DNA of 64,000 nucleotides from Macrostomum lignano (taxonomy: Eukaryota). The notes under the pieces are model-generated. The model saw only the letters and a program-made list of their open reading frames with translations. It ran no database searches and was not told where the DNA came from. The DNA is taken from positions 1 to 64,000 of the forward strand of contig NIVC01003648.1 of NCBI GenBank assembly GCA_002269645.1, read 5' to 3'. Each line of letters opens with the position of its first letter. The stretch's first letter is position 1. The position numbers and the translations under genes were made by a program. Below, piece by piece: positions 10,992 to 57,100 of this stretch.

Positions 10992-11984
10992 GTGAGTTGA
11001 GTTGCTGTTTGTTAACAACAAACCACAGAATACAACTGTCGCCCGCCACAGAGGCTGCGCTTCTCAAGTCAGCTCCCCCAGTCAGAGTCAGAACGGGGTA
11101 GCGCGTCGTTCGCCCTTGTTCGTTAAGTATTCGAGAATACTTCGAATATTGCTGTAGTATCACCTTCGGATAAAGCCACCACACTACAGTAGCAATGATA
11201 TTCACTAAGGCATTAGCTAAATCTTTGCTACTGTTTCGCGTCACAATATATTAAATGGATTCTGTGTTGTAAAATTTCGAATGATTTTTTCCGGGTCGCT
11301 GAAATGAAAGACGCTGGAAAACATGTTTGAAATTATTTTCAACTCTAACCCTAAAATCAGTTGGGGCAGATACGGGCAGCTTATATTCCAAAACAGATAT
11401 TTAGGCCGCTAATACGAGCCAATAATCCTCTCCTTGCTCCCGCTTAGACATGCTTTTGTGAGGCATTAGTCTCGTGTCGAACGTTGATGCTGAAAATTAA
11501 TTAACAGAATCCCTTCAATCCCTTCCCTACACTGAAGAGCCACTCGAGTCCTGCTAATCCTGCTGGTTCAAGTACTCGCAGGGCTTCCGCTGGATTGAGA
11601 ACTGGGCGCGAAAAATCTATTTGCTAAATGAAATTACGCGTCGAAAAATACACGCTACTACTTATGGACACGTTGCAAGTAGTCACTAGCGAATGCTGGG
11701 GATAATTATTTAGAAAATAGTACAGGTAGCCCGCCTGCGTAGTATGAGTCACTCAGATGTTTCACTGAAAATAATGCACAATAAATACTCATGAGGTACT
11801 TCTGTACAGATCCATTGGGAACTTACCTCTATTCGCGATAGTCTACAAGGAGACAGGCTTACTTGAGACAAGTTTAATATGAAGGTACAAGCCCGTAATC
11901 TAGGGAGGGGTTACGGGGAGGATCAAGTGTACGGGAGGGCAAGGTTACATGTACGTCAGAAGAAGCTTACATTTACGATTATGA

Positions 11985-12345
11985 CAAGGTTACGTGAGGA
12001 CAAGGAGTACGTGAAAACGAGGTTACGTGAGGACAAGGTTACTAGAAGACATGTTACGTGAGGACAAGGTTACGTGAGGACAAGGAGTACGTGAGGACGA
12101 GGTTACGTGAGGACAAGGTTACTAGAAGACATGTTACGTGAGGACAAGGTTACGTGAGGACAAGGAGTACGTGAGGACGAGGTTACGTGAGGACAAGGTT
12201 ACTAAAAGACATGTTACGTGAGGACAAGGTTACGTGAGGACAATGTTACGTAAGGGACATGGTTACGTAAAGGACAAGGTTACGTGAGAATAAGGTTACG
12301 TAAGGGACAAGGTTACGTAAAGGACAAGGTGCGGACATGAGGACA
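11985..12345. repeat. about 17-bp minisatellite ggttacgtgaggacaa with higher-order structure
   Basis: Direct inspection. Confidence 0.9.
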
Positions 12346-13156
12346 AGGTTAACAGAGTACAAGTTTAAGGGAAGACAGTGTTTCTTGAGGTTATTATATG
12401 CAATATACAAGGCTACAAGGGACAAGTGTGCACTGTGAGGCAGATCTATAAGCCTACTCCAGGTAAGTACACAATTTTATAGCTATACTGTAGATTCCTA
12501 ACCGCAAAAGCTAGCAGCAGGTGGTCTGCTCTCACTGGAGACTGCCAGCCAAGAGTCCATGGCCAACGTGGAGCTGAAATCATCAATAGGAAACTTTCAT
12601 GCATAGCAGATTGCCCAGCCCAATCCATATGAGCGCCCCCCCCCAAGATTGAAATGCATTTTCGCCCCGTCCTCCTGGCAGTTTGCTAGCAAATATTTCC
12701 AAACAGACGCGACGGGTGGGCCAGCATTTTCCAGGGACTATAAATTATTGAGAAGCCTCGGGGTATATTGCACAAGCAATCAATATTGCGAGAAACTGAC
12801 CATCAGCTTAGGCGCAACGCTTTTTTGAGCGAGCTTCTGTACTCAGTGCAGCTCAAAGGGACGCTGTGTGTGTAATGTAGCAAAGTTATTGGCTCAAAGG
12901 ATCATCACGCAAGGCTGGCGGCTGCATGCTAGATTTAGCTATGAGCATTGAGTAGCGGTTTGCTACTCTGCTTTGGGCCTGCTAGATTTTCATTTAGGCA
13001 AAAGCAAAATTGCACTTTCTTGGCTCTGCTGGCTGGCTGGGCTGGAGAAAATCAATGTGACTTTCTTGCATTCTCAGCGGTGACTCACTCTGAAGTATCT
13101 GGATTATTTGATTGTGCCATCCTCACTGGCTCAACCGAAGTGTTCATCGCTCTGTA

Positions 13157-13527
13157 GGTCACCCTGTGGGTCACCCTGTGGGTCACCCTGTGGGTCACCC
13201 TGTGGGTCACCCTGTGGGTCACCCTGTGGGTCACCCTGTGGGTCACCCTGTGGGTCACCCTGTGGGTCACCCTGTGGGTCACCCTGTGGGTCACCCTGTG
13301 GGTCACCCTGTGGGTCACCCTGTGGGTCACCCTGTGGGTCACCCTGTGGGTCACCCTGTGGGTCACCCTGTGGGTCACCCTGTGGATCACCCTGTGGGTC
13401 ACCCTGTGGGTCACCCTGTGGGTCACCCTGTGGGTCACCCTGTGGGTCACCCTGTGGGTCATCCTGTGGGTCACCCTGTGGGTCATCCTGTGGGTCACCC
13501 TGTGGGTCACCCTGTGGATCACCCTGT
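13157..13527. repeat. near-perfect 12-bp minisatellite ggtcaccctgtg
   Basis: About 31 units; source of the VTHR/SPCG/GHPV/QGDP ORFs. Confidence 0.97.
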
Positions 13528-13691
13528 GCTATAAAGACAGACCAGTCCAAATAGGTCACACTGAGATCGTTCTGTACCGGTACCTCCGTCGAACTCCCTG
13601 TCTGGAAACGCTCGCTCGTTGCGTCACTCTAACTCCGGATACTCAGCCCATGGAGCAGGTAGTGAGGTCATACGCATTCTACGAGCTAGTA

Positions 13692-13915
13692 CACCTTTTC
13701 ACGTTCAATTTTGAACAAAGTCCAGTTCTAAAAAAACTAGCGGAAATTCAATTCAGACAATTCAGACTGGGGCAACAAACCCCAGTTCAAAACATTCTGC
13801 TACGGAAGCGAGGTTTAGCCATAGACAAAATTGTCTCCAGTCTGAATTGTCTGAATTGAATTTCCGCTAGTTTTTTTAGAACTGGACTTTGTTCAAAATT
13901 GAACGTGAAAAGGTG
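13692..13915. mobile_element. MITE with perfect 79-bp TIRs and TA TSD (Tc1/mariner-type)
   Basis: 13692-13770 is the reverse complement of 13837-13915 (CACCTTTTCACG...); TA on both flanks. Confidence 0.88.
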
Positions 13916-14539
13916 TATTAAGTTAGTGGCTACTGTTTTACGGCAATTTTTATTGCCCAATATTTCGGCTATCCGTGACTTTCCGCGAACTGCTCAAAAG
14001 TCGTGCCCAATGCCAGGTTTTGATCAATGGTTAGGAAAACTTAGGAGAGTCCGTGAGCCTATGATGACGATCTTTACGTAAAAAAGTTTTCTGCAATGCC
14101 GCTTCATTCATGGAGTTCCAGATATTTTTTCTGGAGTTGAAACTGACTAAGCGAACTCATAAACCAATGAGGCTGGGTGAAACTGGTCTCTTGCTCGATG
14201 AGTCGCTGAAAAAGTAGATGGATTCTATAGGGTTGCTAACTCAACGCCCAGACAATATGTGCGACTTGGGGGGGGTTGGCTATCAGCTGAAGAAGATGAA
14301 GGACCATCAGTGCGGTACCAACACTGGGCCTTTGAGAGAGACAATGAGGCTGTCTAGGCAACCTGCTAAAGGTCTAGTTAAAGTCAGAAGGTAACACCTG
14401 TCTCTCAGAGCCCTATAGCTATAGAGGCACCTAATGCACATAAGGACACCATCGTGTGAGGTAGCTTTTGATTTGTGCAACCGGAGCCCTGTCAGTACAG
14501 CACTTTCTGGACCTTCAACAGGTGGCACCTTCTTGTGGC

Positions 14540-14832
14540 ATCTCCTTGATGGTCTCCCCTCTCCAGATTGCAATTCCTAGATCTCCTTGATGATCTCCCC
14601 TCTCCAGATTGCTATTCCTAGATCTCCTTGAATGTCTCCCCTCTCCAGATTGCAATTCCTAGATCTCCTTGAATGTCACCCCTCTCCAGATTGCAGTTCC
14701 TAGATCTCCTTGATGATCTCCTTTCTCCAAATTGCAATTCCTAGATCTCCTTGAATGTCTCCTCTCTCCAAATTGCAATTCCTAGATCTCCTTGAATGTC
14801 TCCCCTCTCCAGATTGATATTCCTAGATCTCC
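14540..14832. repeat. about 43-bp minisatellite ctccagattgcaattcctagatctccttgaatgtctcccct
   Basis: About 6-7 units. Confidence 0.9.
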
Positions 14833-15422
14833 TTGGCTCATCCCATCCATCGCTATTGCATCCAACCCCCACCCCCGGTCTCCTCAAAAAAATCTTTCAT
14901 CCGTCTCAGTCAGCAGCAATGATAAAATATAACAAAATCGCGAGAGCGAGCCAGTGCTTCGCAGAGGTCGGAGCCCTGTGTCAGCTCCGGAGGGACAGGA
15001 GAGTGAGGGAGGTTGGGAAGCTCTGGAAGAGAGCGAGGTAAGGCTAGTATAGAAATGAAAGGCGGACCTGCAAGGCTTAGTGTATTAATCTCTCCCATCG
15101 CCTGATCTCAAGCTCCCCATCCCTGTCCATCTTGCATTCCCGCAATGGCTACTGCTGCATGAGTTCGAGCCGGCCATTCGAGCGCCGAGCTAGGGAAGTT
15201 CGCAATCCTTTTTAAGCCGGCCGGACGTCCGTCTACTGCCTCATCCCCGAGAGTTAGAGTTACCACCAGAGGGGGGACCAATTTCTATTTCGAGGGCAAC
15301 AGAAGCGGCCCCAGGACATCTGGTATCGGGGAAACTCGATAAATGAACCAATTGAGACGAATGAGTAAGACTGGTAGAACTTAGTACGTAAAGTAGAAAA
15401 CCGATGAGCGAATTCCGGGTTG

Positions 15423-16255
15423 TTCATATCTCCGAAATTCTATATCTCCGGCACTTCATATCTCCGGCACTGCATATCTCCGGCACTGCATATCTCCGGC
15501 ACTTCATATCTCCGGCACTTCATATCTCCGGCACTGCATATCTCCGGCACTGCATATCTCCGGCACTGCATATCTCCGGCACTGCATATCTCCGACACTG
15601 CATATCTCCGGCACTTCATATCTCCGGCACTGCATATCTCCGGCACTTCATATCTCCGGCACTTCATATCTCCGGCACTTCATATCTCCGGCACTTCATA
15701 TCTCCGGCACTGCATATCTCCGACACTGCATATCTCCGACACTGCATATCTCCGGCACTGCATATCTCCGACACTGCATATCTCCGGCACTTCATATCTC
15801 CGGCACTGCATATCTCCGGCACTGCATATCTCCGGCACTGCATATCTCCGGCACTGCATATCTCCGACACTGCATATCTCCGGCACTTCATATCTCCGGC
15901 ACTGCATATCTCCGGCACTTCATATCTCCGGCACTGCATATCTCCGGCACTGCATATCTCCGGCACTTCATATCTCCGGCACTGCATATCTCCGACACTG
16001 CATATCTCCGACACAGCATATCTCCGACACTGCATATCTCCGGCACTGCATATCTCCGACACTGCATATCTCCGGCACTTCATATCTCCGGCACTGCATA
16101 TCTCCGGCACTGCATATCTCCGGCACTTCATATCTCCGGCACTGCATATCTCCGGCACTGCATATCTCCGGCACTGCATATCTCCGGCACTTCATATCTC
16201 CGGCACTGCATATCTCCGGCACTGCATATCCCCGGCACTTCATATCTCCTTCATA
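15423..16255. repeat. 18-bp minisatellite catatctccggcactg/t
   Basis: About 46 units; source of ORFs 15404-16310. Confidence 0.97.
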
Positions 16256-16317
16256 TCTCCTTCGACACTTCACACTTCATAGCTTCCCTAACCCTAACCC
16301 GGAGATATAAATGTCTG

Positions 16318-16704
16318 GATCAGAGCTACTCAATGGGGATCAGAGCTACTCAATTGGGATCAGAGCTACTCAATTGGGATCAGAGCTACTTAATGGGGAT
16401 CAGAGCTACTTAATGGGGATCATAGCTACTTAATGGGGATCAGAGCTACTTAATGGGGATCAGAGCTACTTAATGGGGATCATAGCTACTTAATGGGGAT
16501 CATAGCTACTCAATGGGGATCAGAGCTACTTAATGGGGATCAGAGCTACTTAATGGGGATCATAGCTACTTAATGGGGATCATAGCTACTCAATGGGGAT
16601 CAGAGCTACTTAATGGGGATCAGAGCTACTTAATGGGGATCATAGCTACTTAATGGGGATCAGAGCTACTCAATGGGGATCAGAGCTACTCAATGGGGAT
16701 CAGA
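16318..16704. repeat. 20-bp minisatellite cagagctacttaatggggat
   Basis: About 19 units. Confidence 0.97.
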
Positions 16705-18051
16705 GCCCTCGTACAAAATGCATACTGGCTTCATCTGCAGTTCAGAAGTACAAAAGGTATGATATCTCATTTCGTCAATTGCATTTTTTGCAACAGCTGA
16801 AAACCTGTGGTCTCCAAAGAAATTTGCACGACTTGCGAGTGCAGCGGCCGTCTGCTTCAGCGGTCCATTCTGACTATAGTTTAATGACTTTTTTATGCGG
16901 CAATTATTTGGTGGCAAGCAGAAATGCCTGCTTGTGATGGTGTCGCTGAACTAATGGAGGTGCAGCTGCGGGAAAAACTAGAATGAAACAGGCAAAGCAG
17001 ATTTGCCAGAAATAGCTGTTCCATGCCTACTCTGCACTCTCACGGTTCTTAGAGTAAGGGAGAGAGAGTAGGGGAAATGGGGAATTATTTGACATCTGTT
17101 TCTCTCACGGCAATCCCGAGCATTTTACGCGATCACCATAGCAACCAAGCGGAATAAGAGAGGGGCAGGTGGCACTGGGGAAACAGAGGGAAGGGCAGGT
17201 GGCACTGGGGAAACAGAGGGAAGGGCTGGTGGAGCGGCGGTTTGTGTCGACATCTTGATTACATTAGCTAGACCTCCCATCAACCAGGCTTAATCCTCTC
17301 TTCTGCAGCGACATCAATCCGTCCCTCCCTTTACCTGGCCTTCTATTATGCTCGTAAGAAGCATATACGCGCCGTGCCTGTCGGAGCAGTAATAGAGAGT
17401 CGTTTGTGCGTCTGTCTGTGCGGGCATTTGTGTGTGCGGCGGGTGAGTCAGTGGCGGTGGTCCCGCCACCGGTATTGCGTCCCCCCCCCCAGCTACTTGT
17501 CTTTCAGCCCCCCTCCCCCCCCCCAGACTGCATGGCAAGGGACAGCCGGGAGGCATCGCTCCGCCAAATCAAGTGGGCAAGGGTTTTCGGAACTGGGAGA
17601 AACTAGTAAAGTGGAGCTAGCTATAGGGGGGAAAAGAGAAGGGATTAGGCAAGGCAGAGTGAGGCGGGGAGTACAAGGTGAACGCTGCACTGCTGCTCGG
17701 GCGAAGGAGAGAAATGAGAGCACGGGAAAGCAGGAGAGGAATTGAAGAGAGGCAGAACGGAGTGCGGGAGAGCCAACCCCAGCTGGGGATTGGCTGCCCC
17801 CAATGCACGGCATGCAGTGCTGCATGCTGAATCGGGGACTGGCAGCGCTCGCCTCCCTGGGGATTTAAGTCACTGGTAGGAGGCGGCGGCGGCCCGCATT
17901 CCCTGCTGCTGCTCCCACCGAGGTGCGCTGAGCTTGAGTTGAAGTGAAAAAGTTCACCCGAAGAATTCAGCTTCCTGACTGCGAGTTGTAGAGCAGTGAG
18001 GAAGGGAGACTCTGAATCCTCTTGCGAAACTCGATCGCAGTCCCGCCCGCC

Positions 18052-37591
<19,540 letters not shown>

Positions 37592-38489
37592 CTCGGGTTG
37601 GGGATTTATCTCCCAAACACCAACACTCATTGCCGTAGACTGAGCCATCCATCTGACTATAAAAATAATTTCAAACTTGAATTCCAAGAAAATTTAGATA
37701 TTTTTTGCTTTGGTTCCAGAAGTTCAAAGGACTGTGCTTGAAATCCATGATGTCGGCTGGAAAATCACCGGATTAAATTTTCCCTGCATACTACTCGAGT
37801 AGGCAGCTAAGGAAATTTGTCAATATATTGTTAAAAGCTGTATTCGAACGGACCACTGCATAAACTTTAACTAAGTGTAAATTTTATTTTCCACACGCTG
37901 TCTGTTTTTATTGTGTGTTACTGTCCTTTAACACAGCATTAATCCCACTGTTCAAAACGTGTAGTTATGTATATTCGGTCCGTGAATAATCCCAAATTCT
38001 GTGTTTAATATTAATTCCCAGACTCTCACTGTAAAATCTTAGGGTATTGACTAGTTGAATCGCACTGAAGCATTGGCATCTATGAATATGATTATGTAGT
38101 CTTGTGTCTCTGAATTCCTCCAGCAGCACTGCCAGAGCTTCATCCGATTGGCTGTTTTTGACGTCTTGATATTTTTATACCCCGCCATTTGTTATAGAAT
38201 AACCGTAGCAGACAAGTATTCAAGAAAAGTTCCGCAACAAGCGTTGTCTGCTTCTGTTTGAAGAAATTATTTAAACCTTATCGCCGCTGTTTAATTAATC
38301 CAAAAATTTGTGAAAACCTCTCTTTAACTGAGTACAAAATATACTTTGCGGAAATAATCCCAATGCGCTCCTTGGCTTGTCGGCCAGTGCATAGCTCTGA
38401 TACCCCGAGAGCTCTGAAATCCATTCAGTCGTCTCTTATATAAGTACATGTACTTTTAGCCCCCGTATGTATCGCTCAGTCTGTATTCA

Positions 38490-38952
38490 GTCTGCGTTCC
38501 CACCCCTCAGTGTGTATTCCCATCCCTCAGTCTGCGTTCCCATCCCTCAGTGTGTATTCCCACCCCTCAGTCTGTATTCCCATCCCTCAGTGTGTATTCC
38601 CATCCCTCAGTGTGTATTCCCATCCTCAATCTGCGTTCCCATCCCTCAGTGTGTATTCCCATCCCTCAGTTTGTATTCCCATCCCTTAGTGTGTATTCCC
38701 ATCCCTCAGTGTGTATTCCCATCCTCAATCTGCGTTCCCATCCCTCAGTGTGTATTCCCATCCCTCAGTTTGTATTCCCATCCCTTAGTGTGTATTCCCA
38801 TCCCTCAGTGTGTATTCCCACCCCTCAGTGTGTATTCCCATCCCTCAGTGTGTATTCCCATCCCTCAGTGTGTATTCCCATCCCTCAGTGTGTATTCCCA
38901 TCCCTCAGTGTGTATTCCCATCCCTCAGTGTGTATTCCCACCCCTCAGTCTG
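38490..38952. repeat. 20-bp minisatellite catccctcagtgtgtattcc
   Basis: About 23 units between the convergent stomatin and NCX 3' ends. Confidence 0.95.
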
Positions 38953-40615
38953 TATTACTCGTAATACTTTAATTACAAAGAAATCTATTAAGTCTCTAAG
39001 CAGCTTCGAATGCCTCAGTTATTCACTTAAATTCCAATTAGGTTTAGTATATAATATTTTGTATTATATATTTTGCTTAGTTTTAGCATGTATAATATAT
39101 TACTAAAAAGTAGTAGTTAACGCAAAGGACAGAAGACCAAAAACAGCAACCCTAAATGAACCCGCCGAGAAAACTGAAGAGGAGACAGATTGAAAATAAA
39201 AATTAAGCGCGCAGACAAAAAAGGCGATAGGCTCTCAGTGGAAGAGTTGATAAGGACGGGGGCAGGTTAATAACAAGAATTATTAATAAATATGATTCCA
39301 ATTAATGTTAATAGCCTCGCGAGCAGTAAGCAACTATTGTTAGGTTAGGGTACAAGCGTAGAACTTGGGAGAGTGAGTGGGTGAGTGAGAACAGTGAGCA
39401 ATGTAATATCAATAGCAAGGAAACATACTTTAGACTTTAGGCTTGAAAATGTCTCCCTATCAAAATAAGAGCTAAATATTCGAATAAAATGTCAACACGA
39501 GGAAATTAAATAATAAGAAAAGCATGCAATAATTAATAAATTTTTACACATGGCTGACTTTGAATGAGATTTCAAACAGATTTGGACTAGGAGATTGCTA
39601 TGTTGAGTTGCTATCACATTAAGAAAGCGTAGTATTCAAGAGCAGCACATCTAACAAAGATTTCTAGCCTAGCCATTCAGACTACATTCAAACAAAACTC
39701 GTTGTGCACTACTAACGAGTAGAAACTGTGGTTTTTCAATCAGGGGGGGGGATAAAGCGCAAAAACAAGAGAGCATGCAAGTATAATATATAATGCCTGT
39801 GTTGATTATTTAAATAGGCACGCAGGCTGGATTTTTACCTTGGAAACGAAAATATTGTTTTAGTGTCGTAAATGATTTATTCCTTGCCTCAAAATAACTT
39901 TAAAGTAGGCCCTACCTTCGAGACCTTGCGTCTGCAGCGCAATCTAATTTGCATTCCCTAATAAGGAATCACTTGCCAAAGTAAAAATGGGATAGAACAG
40001 ATTAACTAATCCGTAGGGAAAAGGAAGCGAACACAATATGGCATACAGGAGGGCGAAAACGAGCGCTAAAATACTACTACTCGCGTTAGTAGTAATAGAG
40101 GTTGCGAAGCGAGTTTAAGCCTAGAAAAATAACAATGTTTATGAAGCGAAGGCGCAGTGTAATGAGAATATACAGCTATAAGCCGAGAGAGGCTTGGTCA
40201 GGTGGAACCGTCGCTTTCATTCGATGACATTTGAGATCCATTTTGTATACTAAATAAAATAGCATTCAGCATACCAGATGAATGATGCAACAATAGTTCA
40301 GCAAGGTAAGCACAAGCGAGGAACCCATTGGTAAAAGCCTGTCGGATTGAGATCTCGAGACGCGAACAGTCTAACAAAAAGAGAGGTGCTGCTAGAATTA
40401 CAGGATTGATTAAAGTTTCAAACGCGCTTCTGGCGTCAGGAGGTGAAACAGACAATTGAACCTAAGAATATGTCGGATGGGAAATGAAAACTTCATTGGG
40501 CAAGTATCTGGGAAGCTTGCTTATTAGCTGTTTTGTGAATTTAGCCGCCTATACTGCAGGACTTGCCATCGGGCTAAAATAGTTTAGCAAAGCTGCAGAT
40601 GGCGCCGCCAAGCGA

Positions 40616-54189
<13,574 letters not shown>

Positions 54190-57100
54190 GCTTCAGCCCA
54201 AAATTGTCTGCTGGACGGTGGAAAACCGGGACAGCCTGATGTCCCTTTGCGCCTTTCTTTGGCAATTGAGCGATGCACGCGTGATTCGGCTAAACAAAGG
54301 CCTGCGCCACAGGTGCTTTTGTCCTTAGTTGCAATTCGAGATAATCTGATCGCTCCCGGGCGAAAATTCAGTTCCAACTGAGCCACTTGACTTCTCGTCT
54401 TTCGCTACGTGCGCCTATCTCCTGCTCGCTTTCCTTTAGCTGGTTCTTCTCTGTTTCGCTTGCATGGAGAAGCGAAGGGGAAAGAGTATCCGGGAGAGTA
54501 CGGGGCTCAGAATGTGTAGAAGTATCGGAATAGGGCGGGTGGGGAGTCGAAGTGCGCGCACTCTGACGCGCTTTGGGGGCAATTTTAAATTGCTTCTGAG
54601 GCGGTTGGGTAGGTTGGCGGCTAAGGGGTGGGGCTTGGAGAGGGGAGAGAGCGGCGGAGAGAAAGGGCAGAGGGAATGGAGGGTAATGAGGGGCCAGAGA
54701 CGAGAGAGAAGAGAGAGACATACAGTGGCAAAGCCAACTGATGTTCAAGCCAATAAGAATGTCCGGCAGCACTCGCGCACCGCACACGCATTCAGACTTT
54801 TGTTAGTACTAGCTGCGGGCTTGGAAGGCAGTCAAGCAGTGCGAATTCGGCTGGAGTGGGGCAGACGAGAGAGAGGCCGTCTTTGGTCTTTTAGAAATGG
54901 TGGTTATTGGTAAACTCTTAACTTAAGAGTGGATACCAGTACTACGATAGGAAAAGGGTAACCAAAAGAACGAAAGAGATATATCAGAAGGGGGAAGTCC
55001 GGGGAGTGCAAACCGCTAGAAACAGTAGTAGAAGGACGCCTAGAAAAAGGGGAGAGTGTCTGACGGAGGAAATTTCTGCTGATAACGCACACTCGCACAC
55101 GCACAGGCGAATCAGTTTGCCATTTTCTGCAAATGCAAACTTGCCTTCCCCGTTAGCCCCGCCTCCCCAACCCTAGGAGAGGCAAACTGATCGTTGCATC
55201 CCGTTGTTCACTGCCGCAAAGAAATGTCTATCTAGAGAGTGCAGAGTGAATTCACGGTGAAGGGAAGCAGAAAAACCGTATGACTCGACTGACTCGGCTC
55301 CCCATACGCTACGAGTATATACATGTACAGCCGTCGAGTCATTCTGCGCTGCTGTCTCTCAGGAAAGAAAGCGGAGAGGGGATTAGGGGCGCACAGGTGG
55401 GTACTGCTGCATCTGGTTGGCGCACTTTCCATCCGTTAGATTTAATGCTCCTGTAAGGTTTTGCCCTGTAGCTCCCTCTCACACTATATCTCTTCCCACT
55501 AGCCAGCTAGTCTGTGTTCCCTGCACACTCTGTGACGCATTGCCCCGGTCACAAATGCAAGCAAGCATTTGAATAAAGAGACACAGAGAGACCACACGAG
55601 GATAGACAAAAGGCAAAATGGCATAGCGACTGACACTTTAGAAAAGTTGCGACAGGAATCGTACGGACTGGGGCAGGCCGCGGGATGCGGGGGAGACGGG
55701 GAGTTTAGCCGACTGATCTGTGAATGGCTTTTTGCCCCACCCTCCCCCATCTCACACGGGGGCTCTGCCTCATCTATTCTCTGTTCCCTAGCTTTCATGG
55801 TTGCTCTATGGAATATGCCCGAAACGCTGTCCGTATCCCTGCTCTCTTCGGCGAGCTTATTTACTCAGCATACAAATTTTGCAGAGTTCTAAAGGGTTCC
55901 AGTGCGAGGGACCATTCTCATTCAAAACCAGGTTGTGTGCCGATGCCAATCAATAATGCGATTCTTCTAAGGCTGCAGGAGTTCCAGGTTTCCTATTTTA
56001 GGTAGCTGAGGAAATTGCGTGGGCTAGTATGCATGTTGAGTGCGTTTATACTGGGCTTCTGAAATGATGCGGAAACTTGATGCTCATTCTTTACTATTGG
56101 GAAAAGACCCATTCGAATTTACTAAAGTGTGATTTTCTCAGGAAGCCCTCAGCCTCTCATGCGCTTCAAACAATGTCCTGAAATTTAGGGAAGTCAGATT
56201 TTTTAAAACAAAAAATACTCCTTGTTTTTGACCAGTCAAAGCGCGTGAATTTCTATTCCCCAAACCAATTGGGCCTCAAAGCGCTTCCGATCCTATTATA
56301 AATTTGCCTTGCCAGCAAAAAACAAAGTCTTCTTTGCGACAGAATTCGTGCCATACTTAATCGATATCGGCACAGTACAGTGCGCTACAGGGCTATTGCT
56401 GCTCTCTCCTGCTCACAGGGAACGGAGTTTCTCAAAATGCATTGTAGAAAAGCAGAAACAACAATGTAGCAATATCCGTGACGTACTGCGCTCGTTTGCC
56501 TTCGTATTGGCAGGGGGTTAATTTGAGAGCTCTCTTCCCCTCCCTCTGGGGAATTGGGGAATACAGAGAGAATACTGCGCGCTCATATGGGGAGAGAAAA
56601 CTTTTGAGGCCGCATGTGGAGTATTTAGGTCAGGGGTTTATATCCCGCCAGCTCACCGCGGGCTTGCGCAGTGCACAGTAACCATACCGTATAGAGGATT
56701 CAATTAGAAGCAAGCTTTTTTCCACTTGGCCAATGCTTCTGACTGGCAAGTCAACAGAATCAGTTTTATAAGCTGTCCCCAGTGTATTCGACTCACTCCA
56801 ACTCAACCCAGTTCCCGTCTAGCAACCAATTTAATCAGATCAATTAACCCTTTGCTGAATTTATTGAATTTATCCCAGATATTTCACGTTTAAATACTGC
56901 GCTAATTACCAAGGCACACAGCTCTCAGGCTATCATACAATGTTAATTTTGCATTAGAAACCCCCCACACTGCACAGCAGGTAGTTTTGAATTTCAGTCC
57001 AAATTAGTATGTGACGTGGGGCCTGTTAAATATCATGAATTCTGAATTTGGATAGGATTTGCACTAGCCACAGCAATATTCATCACTAAGCAATAGACGG

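Noticed and set aside
13085-13559. Four overlapping repeat ORFs; GGTCA nuclear-receptor half-sites
   Set aside because: 12-bp array; open frames and a 5-bp motif are expected from the unit alone.
16286-16300. CCCTAACCCTAACCC as telomere-healing scar between two satellites
   Set aside because: Only about 2.5 units; not distinguishable from chance.
15404-16310. ALHISGTAYLRH-repeat ORFs on both strands
   Set aside because: 18-bp array without stops; no flanking coding signal.
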